Source of the DNA: Candidatus Bathyarchaeota archaeon
Lineage (GTDB): Archaea > Thermoproteota > Bathyarchaeia > TCS64
Length of the DNA: 64,000 bases
Direction of reading: 5' to 3'
NCBI GenBank assembly: GCA_018396695.1
Contig: JAGTQU010000003.1
Location: forward strand, 12,899-76,898
The first letter of the stretch is position 1. Each line of letters starts with the position of its first letter. A program made the translations under genes and the position numbers. Below the pieces are notes generated by a model, which did no database searches, was not told the origin of the DNA, and saw only the letters and a program-made list of their open reading frames with translations. Below, piece after piece: positions 26,331 through 36,579 of the stretch.

Positions 26331-27174
26331 TTTGGAAAATCCGTATATCCCTAGAAAAGCCGTAATTACAAACATCGAAGACGAAACATACGACACAAAA
26401 ACCTTCACATTCGAGTTCAAAGATTGTCAAAAAGGTATAGAGTTCAAGCCAGGGCAGTTCGTGATGCTTTCTATATTTGGTTACGGCGAGGCAGCAATAT
26501 CTATAGCCTCTGATATGGACGATCCTTCACATCTTGAACTAACCGTCAGAAAGGTTGGAGACGTGACCGGTGCTCTCTTTAGTCTTAAAGAGGGAGACCA
26601 AGTTGGGATAAGGGGACCTTATGGAAACAGTTGGCCTGTGAGCGATGCTGAAGGTAAACAGTTGCTCCTTGTTATTGGAGGGTGCGGATGTGGAACTCTC
26701 AGACCAGTCATCCTCTATCATAGGAACAACCCTAAGAAGTTTAAAAGCATGGAGGTCCTCTACGGGGCGAGAACACCAGGGGATATCATATACAAAAAAT
26801 ATCATGAAGAGGAGTGGAGTAAGATTCCTAATACAAGGATCCTTTTATCCGTTGACAGAGTGCCTGAAAACACATATTGGAAGCACGAAGTAGGAGTTGT
26901 GACGACACTCTTCGAAGATATAAAGACTAATCCTGAGGAAGCACTCGTTTTCATCTGCGGACCAGAAATAATGATGAAGTATTCAGTGATCGGGCTTCTC
27001 AAACTCGGTTTCAACCCTGACAGAATCTTCTGCTCAATGGAGCGACGAATGAGATGCGGCCTCGGCTTATGCGGACACTGCCAACTCGGCTCAAAATACG
27101 TCTGCAAAGACGGGCCAATCTTCAGTTATACTGAGCTGAAACATCTTCCTGACCACATAGTGAGGAGTGACTGA
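26305..27174 (+). CDS. hydG: Group 3b hydrogenase gamma subunit (FAD/NAD(P)-binding, 2Fe-2S)
   Basis: FKPGQF, RGPYGN, YGART, CGPEIMM and ERRMRCGLGLCGHC...CKDGP; probable start is the TTG at 26332. Confidence 0.9.
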   Translation: MRKVCEANDLENPYIPRKAVITNIEDETYDTKTFTFEFKDCQKGIEFKPGQFVMLSIFGYGEAAISIASDMDDPSHLELTVRKVGDVTGALFSLKEGDQVGIRGPYGNSWPVSDAEGKQLLLVIGGCGCGTLRPVILYHRNNPKKFKSMEVLYGARTPGDIIYKKYHEEEWSKIPNTRILLSVDRVPENTYWKHEVGVVTTLFEDIKTNPEEALVFICGPEIMMKYSVIGLLKLGFNPDRIFCSMERRMRCGLGLCGHCQLGSKYVCKDGPIFSYTELKHLPDHIVRSD

Positions 27175-27928
27175 TTTGAAACTCAGATGCGGATTCTTCA
27201 AGTTTACAGGATGCTCCGGATGCCAGATGGAGATCCTTAGGCTAGAGGATGAACTCCCCCCGCTGCTCGAGATGATTGAAATCGCATACTGGCCAATGGT
27301 TACATCGAAGCGATGGGAGGAAAATTTAGACATCGCCTTCGTAGAGGGTTCGGTCTCGACGCCAAGAGAGGTCAAGGAAATCAAAGAGATTAGAAAACGA
27401 TCGAGACACTTAGTTGCCTTTGGCGAATGTGCCATAACTGGTTGCATACCTTCTATTAGAAATTTCATGACTCAGAGTGAAGCAGAGGAAACGGTCTATG
27501 AACACACTGATTGGATTGAGTCGATAAAACCAAGCGAGATCTCCGAATATGTTCGGACAGATATTTCTCTACCAGGCTGTCCACCTCATAGGAATACTAT
27601 ACTAGAAGTGATAAAAGCAGTCGCTCTACAGAGAAAGCCTCACCTGAAGCATCACTCAGTGTGCGTGGAGTGTAAACTTAAGGATAATAACTGCCTACTT
27701 ACAACAGAGAAGAGACCATGCATGGGACCAGTTACAAATGCTGGCTGTGGTGCAATCTGCCCAAGCCTTAACCGAGAATGCGAAGGATGCTATGGACCTA
27801 TGAGTGCAGCTAATGCATCTTCTCAATCCCAGATCTTGGCAGAAATAGGGCTATCTATGGACGATGTGAAAAGGAAGTTCAGGAAGTATGCGGGGACGAC
27901 GGATGAGTATAGAAAGGAGGCCGCTTGA
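27167..27928 (+). CDS. hydD: Group 3b hydrogenase small (delta) subunit
   Basis: GCSGC, VEGS, GECA, PGCPP, VCVEC and CMGPVTNAGCGAICP...CEGC. Confidence 0.9.
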   Translation: MTDLKLRCGFFKFTGCSGCQMEILRLEDELPPLLEMIEIAYWPMVTSKRWEENLDIAFVEGSVSTPREVKEIKEIRKRSRHLVAFGECAITGCIPSIRNFMTQSEAEETVYEHTDWIESIKPSEISEYVRTDISLPGCPPHRNTILEVIKAVALQRKPHLKHHSVCVECKLKDNNCLLTTEKRPCMGPVTNAGCGAICPSLNRECEGCYGPMSAANASSQSQILAEIGLSMDDVKRKFRKYAGTTDEYRKEAA

Positions 27929-29216
27929 GAAGTTGGACAGAATAATAAATATGAATTACTTAACTAGAGTTGAAGGGCAGGCTGCTCTAGATATCTGGAT
28001 CTCAGGGACTAGTGAAGTTAGAGACTTGAAGCTGCGAGTTTTTGAGCCCTCCCGATTTTTTGAGTCTTTCGTGATTGGTAGAAGATACGATGAGCTGATG
28101 GAGCTTGCAGCGAGGATATGTGGGATCTGCCCGGTCAGCCACGAAATTACGGCTCTAAGGGCTGTAGAGAACGCTATGGGATTAGAAGTTAGTGAAGCAA
28201 CACGTAAGTTGCGGAAACTGATGGCTTTAAGCGCTTTTGTGAGCAGCCATGCTTTGAGCATCTATTTCCTGACGCTCCCTGACTACCTTGGCTATTCAGA
28301 TCTTGCTGAAGCTTCTAAAGAACATGGAGAACTTCTTAAATCTGCTCTCAAATTGAAGAAGCTGGGAAACGATCTTACTGAGCTTATAGGAGGCAGATCT
28401 GTTCATCCTGTCACAGCGGTGATCGGGAGATTCACCAACACAATATCGAAGGGTGAAGCTAATATAATGATAAAACGGTGTGAAGAAGCAAAAGCAGATG
28501 CTTTTGAAACGATAGAGCTCTTTAAAGAACTGGAGATTCCAAAATTCAATAGAAAATGCGAGCATATCGCTTTAAACCAACCTAACGAATACGCTATCAA
28601 CGAGGGATATGTGAAATCAACTGAGAGTCTGTATATTCCGCAAGAGGAATATAGGAACCGCGTAGAAGAGAGTCAAATACCATATTCGCACAGTAAACCC
28701 TCAACTGTTAAAGGGAGATCTTCTTATCTAGTTGGGCCTCTAGCAAGAGTTAACATAAACTTTGAACATCTATCGGAGGATGCTAGAAACGCTGCAAACA
28801 GCGTTGGTTTTAAGATTCCATCCTTCAATCCTTTCTACTCTCCCATCGCCCGTGCAGTAGAGATAGTCCACAGTCTAGATGAATGCATAGAGCTTCTTGA
28901 GACAATGCCTTACAAAGAAGATGAGAAGAGGATCAGGGTTAAAACTGGTAAAGGGTGCGCCATAACCGAGGCGCCTAGAGGGATGAACTATCACAGTTAT
29001 CTCTTAGACGATAGAGGAATAGTCGTCAAAGCAGATATTGCGCCTCCAACATGTCAGAACCATGGAAACATTGAGATGGATCTTCGAGAGCTTCTACCTC
29101 TACTGCTTGACCTCCCCGATGAGGAGATCGCTAAAAAGTGTGGAATGCTGATAAGGTCTTATGATCCCTGCATTTCATGTTCAGTTCACACAGTAAACAT
29201 CCATAGAACTAGATAG
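27925..29216 (+). CDS. hydA: Group 3b [NiFe]-hydrogenase large (alpha) subunit
   Basis: TRVEG, L1 motif RICGIC, EAPRG, and L2 motif YDPCISCSVH with a cleavable tail. The TTG at 27925 overlaps the hydD stop and follows AGGAGG. Confidence 0.93.
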
Positions 29217-29310
29217 GGTAGGATATTATCTTCTAATCATGCTTAATTTTCTTAATTTGAATAAAAGACTCAGAACTTTATTTTAATAGATAAAAACGAT
29301 CTGATCTTAC

Positions 29311-29433
29311 TTATATACAATAGAAAGGCCGTTTTCGGCTTTCTGCAACTTTCATAGCCTCGATTAATATCAACTCAGCATCACTGTTTAGTTTAGCGTC
29401 TTTTCTCCGTTTCTTTTCCGAACCCAGCGACAT
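29311..29433 (-). CDS. Possible 40-aa small basic protein (not in the ORF track)
   Basis: MSLGSEKKRRKDAKLNSDAELILIEAMKVAESRKRPFYCI, in an otherwise empty 400-bp gap, with an AT-rich TATA-like stretch upstream. Confidence 0.35.
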   Translation of the reverse strand: MSLGSEKKRRKDAKLNSDAELILIEAMKVAESRKRPFYCI

Positions 29434-29621
29434 GATGATCTCTTGATCATGAACTGTTAATAATAGATTATGAATTATTGATCCATGGATAGATTAGGGA
29501 TCTTAAAGCTTCTTTATTTCCAACATATTTAGGTAAAAAATAATTGACTCATTTAAAATTTGAGCCTAATCGATCTAAACACCTTGAGTCGACGAGATTA
29601 ATTTAATTTTAATAATATGTT

Positions 29622-30212
29622 TTATTTGCGATATCTGTCGTTTTTCCAGATGTCTGCCGAGTCACTGTATATTCCGGATTCCCAGTATCCTAAACGCTTA
29701 TCTTCCATGAAGGTGATTCTTGTAATCCACATTGGGCTTTTATAGGCATATTTTTGAGGAACAACGAGTCTAACTGGACCACCTAGAGGCGGAGGCAGAT
29801 CTTCATCATTCAGTTTATGGGCTAAAATAACGTCGTCGTGGTTCAAATCTTCTATTGTTAGGGACGTCGTATAACCATCAGCGCACTCAAACCACACATA
29901 TCTTCCATCCATATTAGGCTTTACAAGAGCCATTATGGTTATGAATAATACTCCCTCCCATACACAGTCGAGAACGCTCCATCCTTCAACGCAATGGAAG
30001 TCACTTACTATCCTGGTCTGAGGCATCTTGAGAAAGTCTAACCATCTGAGTTTTAATGGATGTTTTATCTGCCCATCTATTGTAAGGACCCATTTTTCCC
30101 TATTTATTTTTGGGAGTTCTTTTACTATCCCAGGGTGATCTATACCCCACCTTAGGATGCCTTTTATGGGTTTTTGGTTTGGAGGCATCTGCCTCTCTTT
30201 TTCAACCTTCAA
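29622..30212 (-). CDS. Molybdopterin-dependent oxidoreductase (sulfite oxidase family, YuiH-like)
   Basis: DFHCVEGWS, GYTTSL, GGPVRLVVP and GYWE. Confidence 0.9.
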   Translation of the reverse strand: MKVEKERQMPPNQKPIKGILRWGIDHPGIVKELPKINREKWVLTIDGQIKHPLKLRWLDFLKMPQTRIVSDFHCVEGWSVLDCVWEGVLFITIMALVKPNMDGRYVWFECADGYTTSLTIEDLNHDDVILAHKLNDEDLPPPLGGPVRLVVPQKYAYKSPMWITRITFMEDKRLGYWESGIYSDSADIWKNDRYRK

Positions 30213-30976
30213 AACGCGTCTCTATAAAGCTTGATGAACCTTGCAATAAAAAGATAATTGAAGATCTGTGTGATGGAATACTTTATGTTATTCCTCAACC
30301 CATTTTGAGCGAGGAGGATGAGTTGGGCAAGGTCGATGAGCTATTGCTCAGGCTTGAGAAAAACTATCCAGAGGTAAATAGGACGGCTCTTAACTGGGAG
30401 ACTCCTCTAGACATCCTTGTGGCTACGATACTTTCTGCTCAGACGACTGACGCGAAAGTAAACGAAGTGACGAAAACGCTATTCAAAAAATACAGGACTG
30501 CTGAAGACTACGTGAAAGTCTCAAGAGAAGAGCTTGAAAAAGATATTCACTCGTTAGGTTTTTTCCGTCAGAAAGCCAAGTTCGTCCAAGAAGCTTGCAA
30601 GCAGATCATAGAAGACTATGGCGGCTCGGTTCCGAATCGGATGGAAGATTTAATAAAGCTAAAGGGCGTTGCAAGAAAGACTGCTAACATCGTGTTATCG
30701 AATGCTTTTGGAGTTGTTGAAGGAATCGCAGTAGACACTCATGTCATGCGCCTATCAAAGAGGCTTGGCTTAACTAGCAGTAATGATAGAAACAAGATAG
30801 AAGAGGATCTAATGAAGATCGTTCCAAAGGAGAGATGGTTTAGTTTCAGCAATCTGATCATTGAACATGGTAGAAGAATCTGTTCAGCTCAAAAGCCGAA
30901 ATGTGATGTATGCGTATTAAATGATCTCTGCCCGTCTGCCTTTTCTTTCACTAGTAATAATGATGTAAAGCAATAA
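30110..30976 (+). CDS. nth: Endonuclease III
   Basis: LVATILSAQTTD, HhH motif LKGVARKTAN, AVDTHV and 4Fe-4S motif CSAQKPKCDVCVLNDLC; the real start is probably near 30305-30323. Confidence 0.93.
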   Translation: MGVLLLSQGDLYPTLGCLLWVFGLEASASLFQPSKRVSIKLDEPCNKKIIEDLCDGILYVIPQPILSEEDELGKVDELLLRLEKNYPEVNRTALNWETPLDILVATILSAQTTDAKVNEVTKTLFKKYRTAEDYVKVSREELEKDIHSLGFFRQKAKFVQEACKQIIEDYGGSVPNRMEDLIKLKGVARKTANIVLSNAFGVVEGIAVDTHVMRLSKRLGLTSSNDRNKIEEDLMKIVPKERWFSFSNLIIEHGRRICSAQKPKCDVCVLNDLCPSAFSFTSNNDVKQ

Positions 30977-31012
30977 TACCCTATGCATCAAAAAAGGAGG
31001 GTGGTTAAAACA

Positions 31013-31534
31013 TCAAATCTTCGCGTATATTTTTTTATATTTCTCGGCTTTGGATAAAGTTCGTTCGCGTTCCCTAGACAGCATCTCTTTATCCTCTTCT
31101 GAGACTTCCCTGATAGGCTTAGCGGGTATTCCAATAGCCAGTTGATTCGGATTTATAATGGTTTTTGGAGGCACTAATGCGCCTGATCCTATTATCACAC
31201 CGTCTCCAATCTCTGCTTTGTCGAGAACAATAGCTCCAATGCCTATTAGCACGTTCTTTCCAATCTTGGCTCCGTGAACTATCGCACCATGAGATATGAT
31301 CGTATCTTCTCCAATAATGACTGGAGAGCCTGAAGGAGCTTCTATAATAGCGTTCTCAAGGATTGTAGTTCTAGCCCCTATGACAACTCTATCATCATCG
31401 CCTCTTATAACAGCTCCATTCCAGATGTTTGCCTTCTCCCTCACTATTACTTTGCCTATTATCCATGAACCTGGGGCTTGGAAAACAGATTCATGAACCT
31501 CCGGTTTATCGCCATTGTATTCTACCTTCGACAT
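31013..31534 (-). CDS. Gamma-carbonic anhydrase family / hexapeptide-repeat protein
   Basis: IWNGAVIRGD, ISHGAIVHG and GIPAKPIR. Confidence 0.85.
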   Translation of the reverse strand: MSKVEYNGDKPEVHESVFQAPGSWIIGKVIVREKANIWNGAVIRGDDDRVVIGARTTILENAIIEAPSGSPVIIGEDTIISHGAIVHGAKIGKNVLIGIGAIVLDKAEIGDGVIIGSGALVPPKTIINPNQLAIGIPAKPIREVSEEDKEMLSRERERTLSKAEKYKKIYAKI

Positions 31535-31614
31535 TTACTCCACCAACCTTGGATTATGAGTGAAACTCTAATAAACCTTAATAATGTTTTCAATTTTACA
31601 ATTGTGGCGATGGT

Positions 31615-32001
31615 TTGAACTATCAACAATATATCTTAGAGATAGGTATGGGCGTTGATCTCCATGGAGGAGATGAAACTAAGGCAGCGGAGAGGGCGGT
31701 TAGAGACGCTATAAGCCGTGTGAGTATGGTTGGTCTAGGAAGTCTATTCAAAGCTAAGAGCTTTAAAGAGGTTGAAGAAGCACTATTAGTTGATGTAACT
31801 ATAAGCACACCAAACCCTGAAAGGATTGATGGAAAAGCGGTTTTAAAAATGCTTCCAGAAGGCAGAAGAAGGATAAGAGTCGTCAAAGGCGGAGCTGTTT
31901 TTCCAACTGAGGATACACCAGAAGAATCGAAGACTCATAATGTTGTCGTCGCGGTGTGCATAATCGTAGTTCTTGTGGATCTAGACATGCTGAAAACATG
32001 A
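31615..32001 (+). CDS. Lin0512 family protein
   Basis: EIGMGVDLHGGDETKAAERAVRDAI. Confidence 0.85.
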   Translation: MNYQQYILEIGMGVDLHGGDETKAAERAVRDAISRVSMVGLGSLFKAKSFKEVEEALLVDVTISTPNPERIDGKAVLKMLPEGRRRIRVVKGGAVFPTEDTPEESKTHNVVVAVCIIVVLVDLDMLKT

Positions 32002-32025
32002 GACAACTATCCTTGTTTCCAATTT

Positions 32026-32961
32026 TTATTTTTTAATTATCTCTTCGAAATAGTCAATTATTTTTTTATGGATTGGGATCCCTGTTGCTTCTATTAGAGC
32101 CGTATAACCTGGAAAACAGTTCGCCTCAAGGACATAGGGTTTCCCATCCTTGCCTGGTAAGATATCGATCCCCGTGATTTTGAAACCCATCGCTTTCGTA
32201 ACCTTGACAGCCAGCTCATCATAAATATCATCTTCGAAGGGGGATGCTTGTCCACCGGCACTCACGTTATATCTGAAATCGTTCGGATTAGATCTCTTCT
32301 CTCTCCCAACTACCTTTTCACCTATAACGAAGCATCTTATGTCGTAGCCGAGGTTTGGTTTGAACTCTTGAAGATAGAAGACGCCTTCAGCGAAACTTCT
32401 ATTATACCATGTTAGAAACTGCAAGAGGTCTCCTCTACTCCTAATCCCGCTCAACATCGTGACACCTATGCCTCTACCCCTACAGAGCGGTTTAAGAACA
32501 ACTTCTTTTCCCGAGTCGAGCAGCTCAGCGGCAAAATTATACGCGTATTCTATATTCTCCGTTATTATCGTCTTAGGTGTAGGCAGGTTTAACTTCTCCA
32601 TTTGAATCGAGAGATGCTCTTTTGAATATAGTAACATGCTTTCAATGGAATTTATAACTATGGAAGCTTGATCTTCCAATTCTTTGAGCATGAGCAATCT
32701 ATGGATGAGTTCAAAGGTCGAACCCCTGTTAAGCATGTTGCTAGGTACATAGACTAGGTCGACCGAGAGCTTCTCATGTTCAAGCATGACAATATCCCAA
32801 GGAGCTTTGACCCGTGTTTCTATCCCCCTCGATCTCGCCTCCTTAATCACAAGCTGGGTCTCATTTACCGATGGGTTGTCAGTAAAGATCATAATCTTCA
32901 ACATGTATACGTGTTGGAGAACTATGCAACTCACCCTTAAATCTTTAAGGCTTAAGCACAA
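32026..32961 (-). CDS. RimK-family ATP-grasp ligase
   Basis: PTPKT, VVLKP, YLQEF, DIRCFVIG, FRYNVSAGG, GIDIL and LEAN..PG; start probably at MLKIM. Confidence 0.85.
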   Translation of the reverse strand: MCLSLKDLRVSCIVLQHVYMLKIMIFTDNPSVNETQLVIKEARSRGIETRVKAPWDIVMLEHEKLSVDLVYVPSNMLNRGSTFELIHRLLMLKELEDQASIVINSIESMLLYSKEHLSIQMEKLNLPTPKTIITENIEYAYNFAAELLDSGKEVVLKPLCRGRGIGVTMLSGIRSRGDLLQFLTWYNRSFAEGVFYLQEFKPNLGYDIRCFVIGEKVVGREKRSNPNDFRYNVSAGGQASPFEDDIYDELAVKVTKAMGFKITGIDILPGKDGKPYVLEANCFPGYTALIEATGIPIHKKIIDYFEEIIKK

Positions 32962-32965
32962 TTAA

Positions 32966-34420
32966 TTGATCGAATATTTGGAGGAGAACAGGTTGGAGAA
33001 CCCTTATTTAGATGTTGATAAAAAAGTCCTCTCGGAGATATATACATCGTCTGAGCCCTTAGACAACCTTACAATCTTATGCGATGTCTATGGGAGCAGA
33101 TTTGCAGGAACACCAGGAGATAAAGATTCAGTCGAATGGATGGTTAAGAAACTAAAAGAATATGGCATCGAAAACGCGCATTATGAGAATTATCAAATGC
33201 CTGGTTGGATAAGGGGTCCTGCAAAGCTTGAGATTATTTCTCCGCTTGAAAGACAGCTAGAATGCATCTCCTTACCCTTCGGGATTGGAGGCGAGGTCGA
33301 GGGAAAGCTAGTTGACCTTGGAGACGGAAACGTGGACATCTATGAAAAGCGAAGAGACGAAATAAATGAAAACATAGTTATGGTTTCGAGCAGGAACCCA
33401 ATCGGATTGAATAGACATCTCCACCGAAGGGAGAAATATATAAGGAGCGTTCTAGCGGGGGCTAAAGGCTGGATCTTCGTTAACCAATACCCTGCTTATG
33501 GACCCCAGACAGGTGGAGTGAGTCCAATAATCCCTGCTATAAGCATCTCTTACGAGGATGGATGTTTCCTTTCAAGGCTTATAGAGCGGGAGAAAATTGT
33601 GAAAGTTAGGATTACGACAACCGATAAGAATATAGACATAACAAGTTTTAACGTCGTATGCGACATCCCTGGGACGTCAGACTCTAAGGAATATGTTCTT
33701 GCAGGGTCTCACTACGATGGACATGACATATCTCAAGGAGCATTAGATCCAGCTTCAGGAGCTGTGACGATCATTGAAATGGCTCGAGTTTTAAACATGG
33801 TGAAAGATAAAATCAAAAGGCGTATCCGGCTAGTCTGCTTTGGAGCAGAAGAAGTTGGGCTTCTAGGCTCGTACAATTATGTTGAGCAGCATTCGTCTGA
33901 GATGGAGGATTTAAGGTTTATGCTCAATTTGGACTCTGCTGCACGTAGTGGCAAAAAGGGGATAATCCTACATGACCATCCTGAACTTGAAACATTTATG
34001 GACAGGATAGCTAAAGAGATGAAAGCAGATATCCCTTATTTCCAAAGAGTAAGCCCGTATAGCGACCACTGGCCATTCTTCCTTAAGGGTGTTCCATGCG
34101 GGAGCGGTGGTGATCCCGAGGAGATTCGAACAAGTACAGGTAGGGGATATGGACATACAAAGTTTGATACTGTTGATAAAGTGGAACTCTCCCACTTGAG
34201 AGAGGCTGCTGCCAACTATGCTCGATTCCTTATCAGAGTTGCTAATACCGATGAATGGCCTGCAAGGAGGAAAACACAGCAGGAGATAAATGAGTTTGTT
34301 AAAAAGCAAGGATATGACGAGACAGTTGCCTTGGAGACTCGTGTAAAGAATTACGTTAGAACTTGGGAGAAAATACCTCCAGAGACTAAGGCTTGGCTAG
34401 AAAGGAAAAGCGACTGGTAA
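32966..34420 (+). CDS. M28 family metallopeptidase with a PA domain
   Basis: GSHYDGHD, GALD, GAEEVGL, LNLD, SDHWPF and HTKFD. Confidence 0.85.
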   Translation: MIEYLEENRLENPYLDVDKKVLSEIYTSSEPLDNLTILCDVYGSRFAGTPGDKDSVEWMVKKLKEYGIENAHYENYQMPGWIRGPAKLEIISPLERQLECISLPFGIGGEVEGKLVDLGDGNVDIYEKRRDEINENIVMVSSRNPIGLNRHLHRREKYIRSVLAGAKGWIFVNQYPAYGPQTGGVSPIIPAISISYEDGCFLSRLIEREKIVKVRITTTDKNIDITSFNVVCDIPGTSDSKEYVLAGSHYDGHDISQGALDPASGAVTIIEMARVLNMVKDKIKRRIRLVCFGAEEVGLLGSYNYVEQHSSEMEDLRFMLNLDSAARSGKKGIILHDHPELETFMDRIAKEMKADIPYFQRVSPYSDHWPFFLKGVPCGSGGDPEEIRTSTGRGYGHTKFDTVDKVELSHLREAAANYARFLIRVANTDEWPARRKTQQEINEFVKKQGYDETVALETRVKNYVRTWEKIPPETKAWLERKSDW

Positions 34421-34538
34421 TCCTTATCTTATCTAACTTGCACCATGCACCCTACTCGATTTCTAGGCTTCAAAACATTAAAAATTTTAGCAGATCTGAT
34501 GCCTAAACTTAAAAAAAGTTAAGCATCTTTTATCATAG

Positions 34539-35966
34539 ATGTATAGTGAAAAATTTTTCGTTTTTAATTGGATAGATGAGCATTCTCAGAGGATAATAAA
34601 CATAAGCGACTCGATCTGGAGGCTAGCCGAGCTTGGACTTATGGAATATAAATCTTCTAAGGTTTTATCAGACGAGCTTAATGAAGCTGGTTTCCAAATA
34701 GAATACGGGGTCGCTGGGCTACCTACTGCCTTCACAGCTTCTTGGGGTAAAGGAAAACCTGTGATAGGCGTTATGGGAGAGTATGATGCTCTCCCAGGAC
34801 TATCTCAAGATATTGTTCCATTCAAGAAACCTCTTGAAGGAGCTGTAAATGGTCACGGATGCGGACATAACATTCATGGAGCTTCAGGCTTAGCAGGGAT
34901 CTTGGCTGTGAAAAAACTAATGGAGAAGAACAACATAAAAGGCACACTCAAGTATTTCGGCTGTCCTGCTGAAGAGAGCGCCAGCGGAAAAGTTTGGATG
35001 GTGCGAGAAGGAGTGTTCAAAGGGGTCGACGCTGTGTTAAGCCACCATCCAAGCACCATGAACGTTGCCCCGTTGTCAAGCAGCCTTGCAAACAACTCTG
35101 TAAAATTTCATTTCTATGGGAAAACATCCCACGCTGCAAGTTCCCCTGAGCAGGGTAGAAGCGCACTAGACGCTGTAGAGCTGATGAATGTTGGAGTAAA
35201 CTTTCTAAGAGAACATGTAATCCACGATGCACGTGTTCATTATATTATTGAGGAAGGAGGAGGTCAGCCTAATGTTGTTCCCGACTATGCTCGAAGCTGG
35301 TATCTGATCAGGGCACCTGAAAGAGCTCAAGTCGAGGAGATATACAATAGGATTCTCGCGATAGCGAAAGGTGCTGAGCTGATGACAAGCACTACTCACA
35401 AAGTGGAGTTCATCAAAGGGGTCTACAATAAGATACCTAACAAAACACTCAGTGAATGTGTAACCTCAAATATGAGGATGATCGGATTACCAAATTACAA
35501 TAATGAAGAGTTGATCTTCGCTGAGAAGATTTCTGAATCCATTCCTAAAGAGGCGAAGATTGAAGAGTTACGCAAATCGAAGAGACCTGGTTGGGAAGAA
35601 ATGGTTGATTGGCTGATAGACGTGGAGGTGCCAAACGCTTGGAATGAAGGCGAAGTTAGCCACGGCTCCACAGATGTCTCAGATGTGAGCTGGCAAGCCC
35701 CGACAATGGAGTTTTCTACTGCAACTTACGTTCTCGGGACGCCCGGACACTCATGGCAGGTAGTTGCTCAATCTGGATCCAGCATGGGGCATAAGTCGCT
35801 ATTATACGCATCCAAAATAATAGCGGCCTCTATAATAGACATTCTTCTAGACAATGAGGTTTTAGAAAAGGCTTGGAAAGAGCATGAGAAGAGGATTGGA
35901 GGCAGAAAATACGTGCCTCCTATACCGGAAGAGTTGAAACCACCATTGAATCTATGGCAAAAATAA
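34539..35966 (+). CDS. M20D amidohydrolase, AbgB-like
   Basis: GEYDALPG, GHGCGHN, PAEE, GRSALDAVELMN and GSTDVSDVSW. Confidence 0.88.
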   Translation: MYSEKFFVFNWIDEHSQRIINISDSIWRLAELGLMEYKSSKVLSDELNEAGFQIEYGVAGLPTAFTASWGKGKPVIGVMGEYDALPGLSQDIVPFKKPLEGAVNGHGCGHNIHGASGLAGILAVKKLMEKNNIKGTLKYFGCPAEESASGKVWMVREGVFKGVDAVLSHHPSTMNVAPLSSSLANNSVKFHFYGKTSHAASSPEQGRSALDAVELMNVGVNFLREHVIHDARVHYIIEEGGGQPNVVPDYARSWYLIRAPERAQVEEIYNRILAIAKGAELMTSTTHKVEFIKGVYNKIPNKTLSECVTSNMRMIGLPNYNNEELIFAEKISESIPKEAKIEELRKSKRPGWEEMVDWLIDVEVPNAWNEGEVSHGSTDVSDVSWQAPTMEFSTATYVLGTPGHSWQVVAQSGSSMGHKSLLYASKIIAASIIDILLDNEVLEKAWKEHEKRIGGRKYVPPIPEELKPPLNLWQK

Positions 35967-35988
35967 GTGATCCTAATCTCCGAAGAGT

Positions 35989-36447
35989 CTAGTCTTTAAG
36001 CTCGACAACCATCCAAGCCTCGACTGTGATCCATCCAGGATGATGGAGTGGGATGGCTGCGCGAGCAGGCTTGCCGTTCTCCGGACCGAACAATTCGACA
36101 AGGAGGTCTGTAAAACCGTTCAGAACCTTCGGCTGGTCGTAGAAGCCTTCAGCACTGTTAATAAAACCGATTACTTGAACAACTTGCTTAATCCTGTCGA
36201 GGTCTCCGATGACTTTTTTAAGTTGTGCAAGGCAGTTTAGGCAGGCCTCCCTCGCTGCCTGATAGCCTTCTTCTATGGTCAAATGTCCTTCTCCCACCAT
36301 TCCTCTTCTGGTGCTCCTGAAGGGGCCTTGACCAGCTGAAAATGCGAGGTTCCCCGCCTTCTTAGCTCCTAAGTATACTCCAGCCGGTTCTGGGGGTGGA
36401 GGCAAGGTTAATCCAAGCTTCCTAAGCTTATCCTCTACTATACCCAA
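35989..36447 (-). CDS. RidA/YjgF family protein
   Basis: LPPPPEPAGVY, AGQGP, QPKVLNG and PARAAI. Confidence 0.85.
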   Translation of the reverse strand: MGIVEDKLRKLGLTLPPPPEPAGVYLGAKKAGNLAFSAGQGPFRSTRRGMVGEGHLTIEEGYQAAREACLNCLAQLKKVIGDLDRIKQVVQVIGFINSAEGFYDQPKVLNGFTDLLVELFGPENGKPARAAIPLHHPGWITVEAWMVVELKD

Positions 36448-36579
36448 TTTTATCCCTTCTCTATTCTAGCTATTGTTCTTTTATTCCTTGTGTTATTATT
36501 TAGTCTTTTAACCTTAGTTTCACGTTGACATTTTATCTTCATCTAAACTTTTTTAACTTAGGCATAGTAGAAGAATGCT

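Noticed and set aside
30110..30300. Long N-terminal extension on Nth
   Set aside because: It overlaps the divergent molybdopterin-enzyme gene and its promoter; likely an ORF-calling artefact with the true start downstream.
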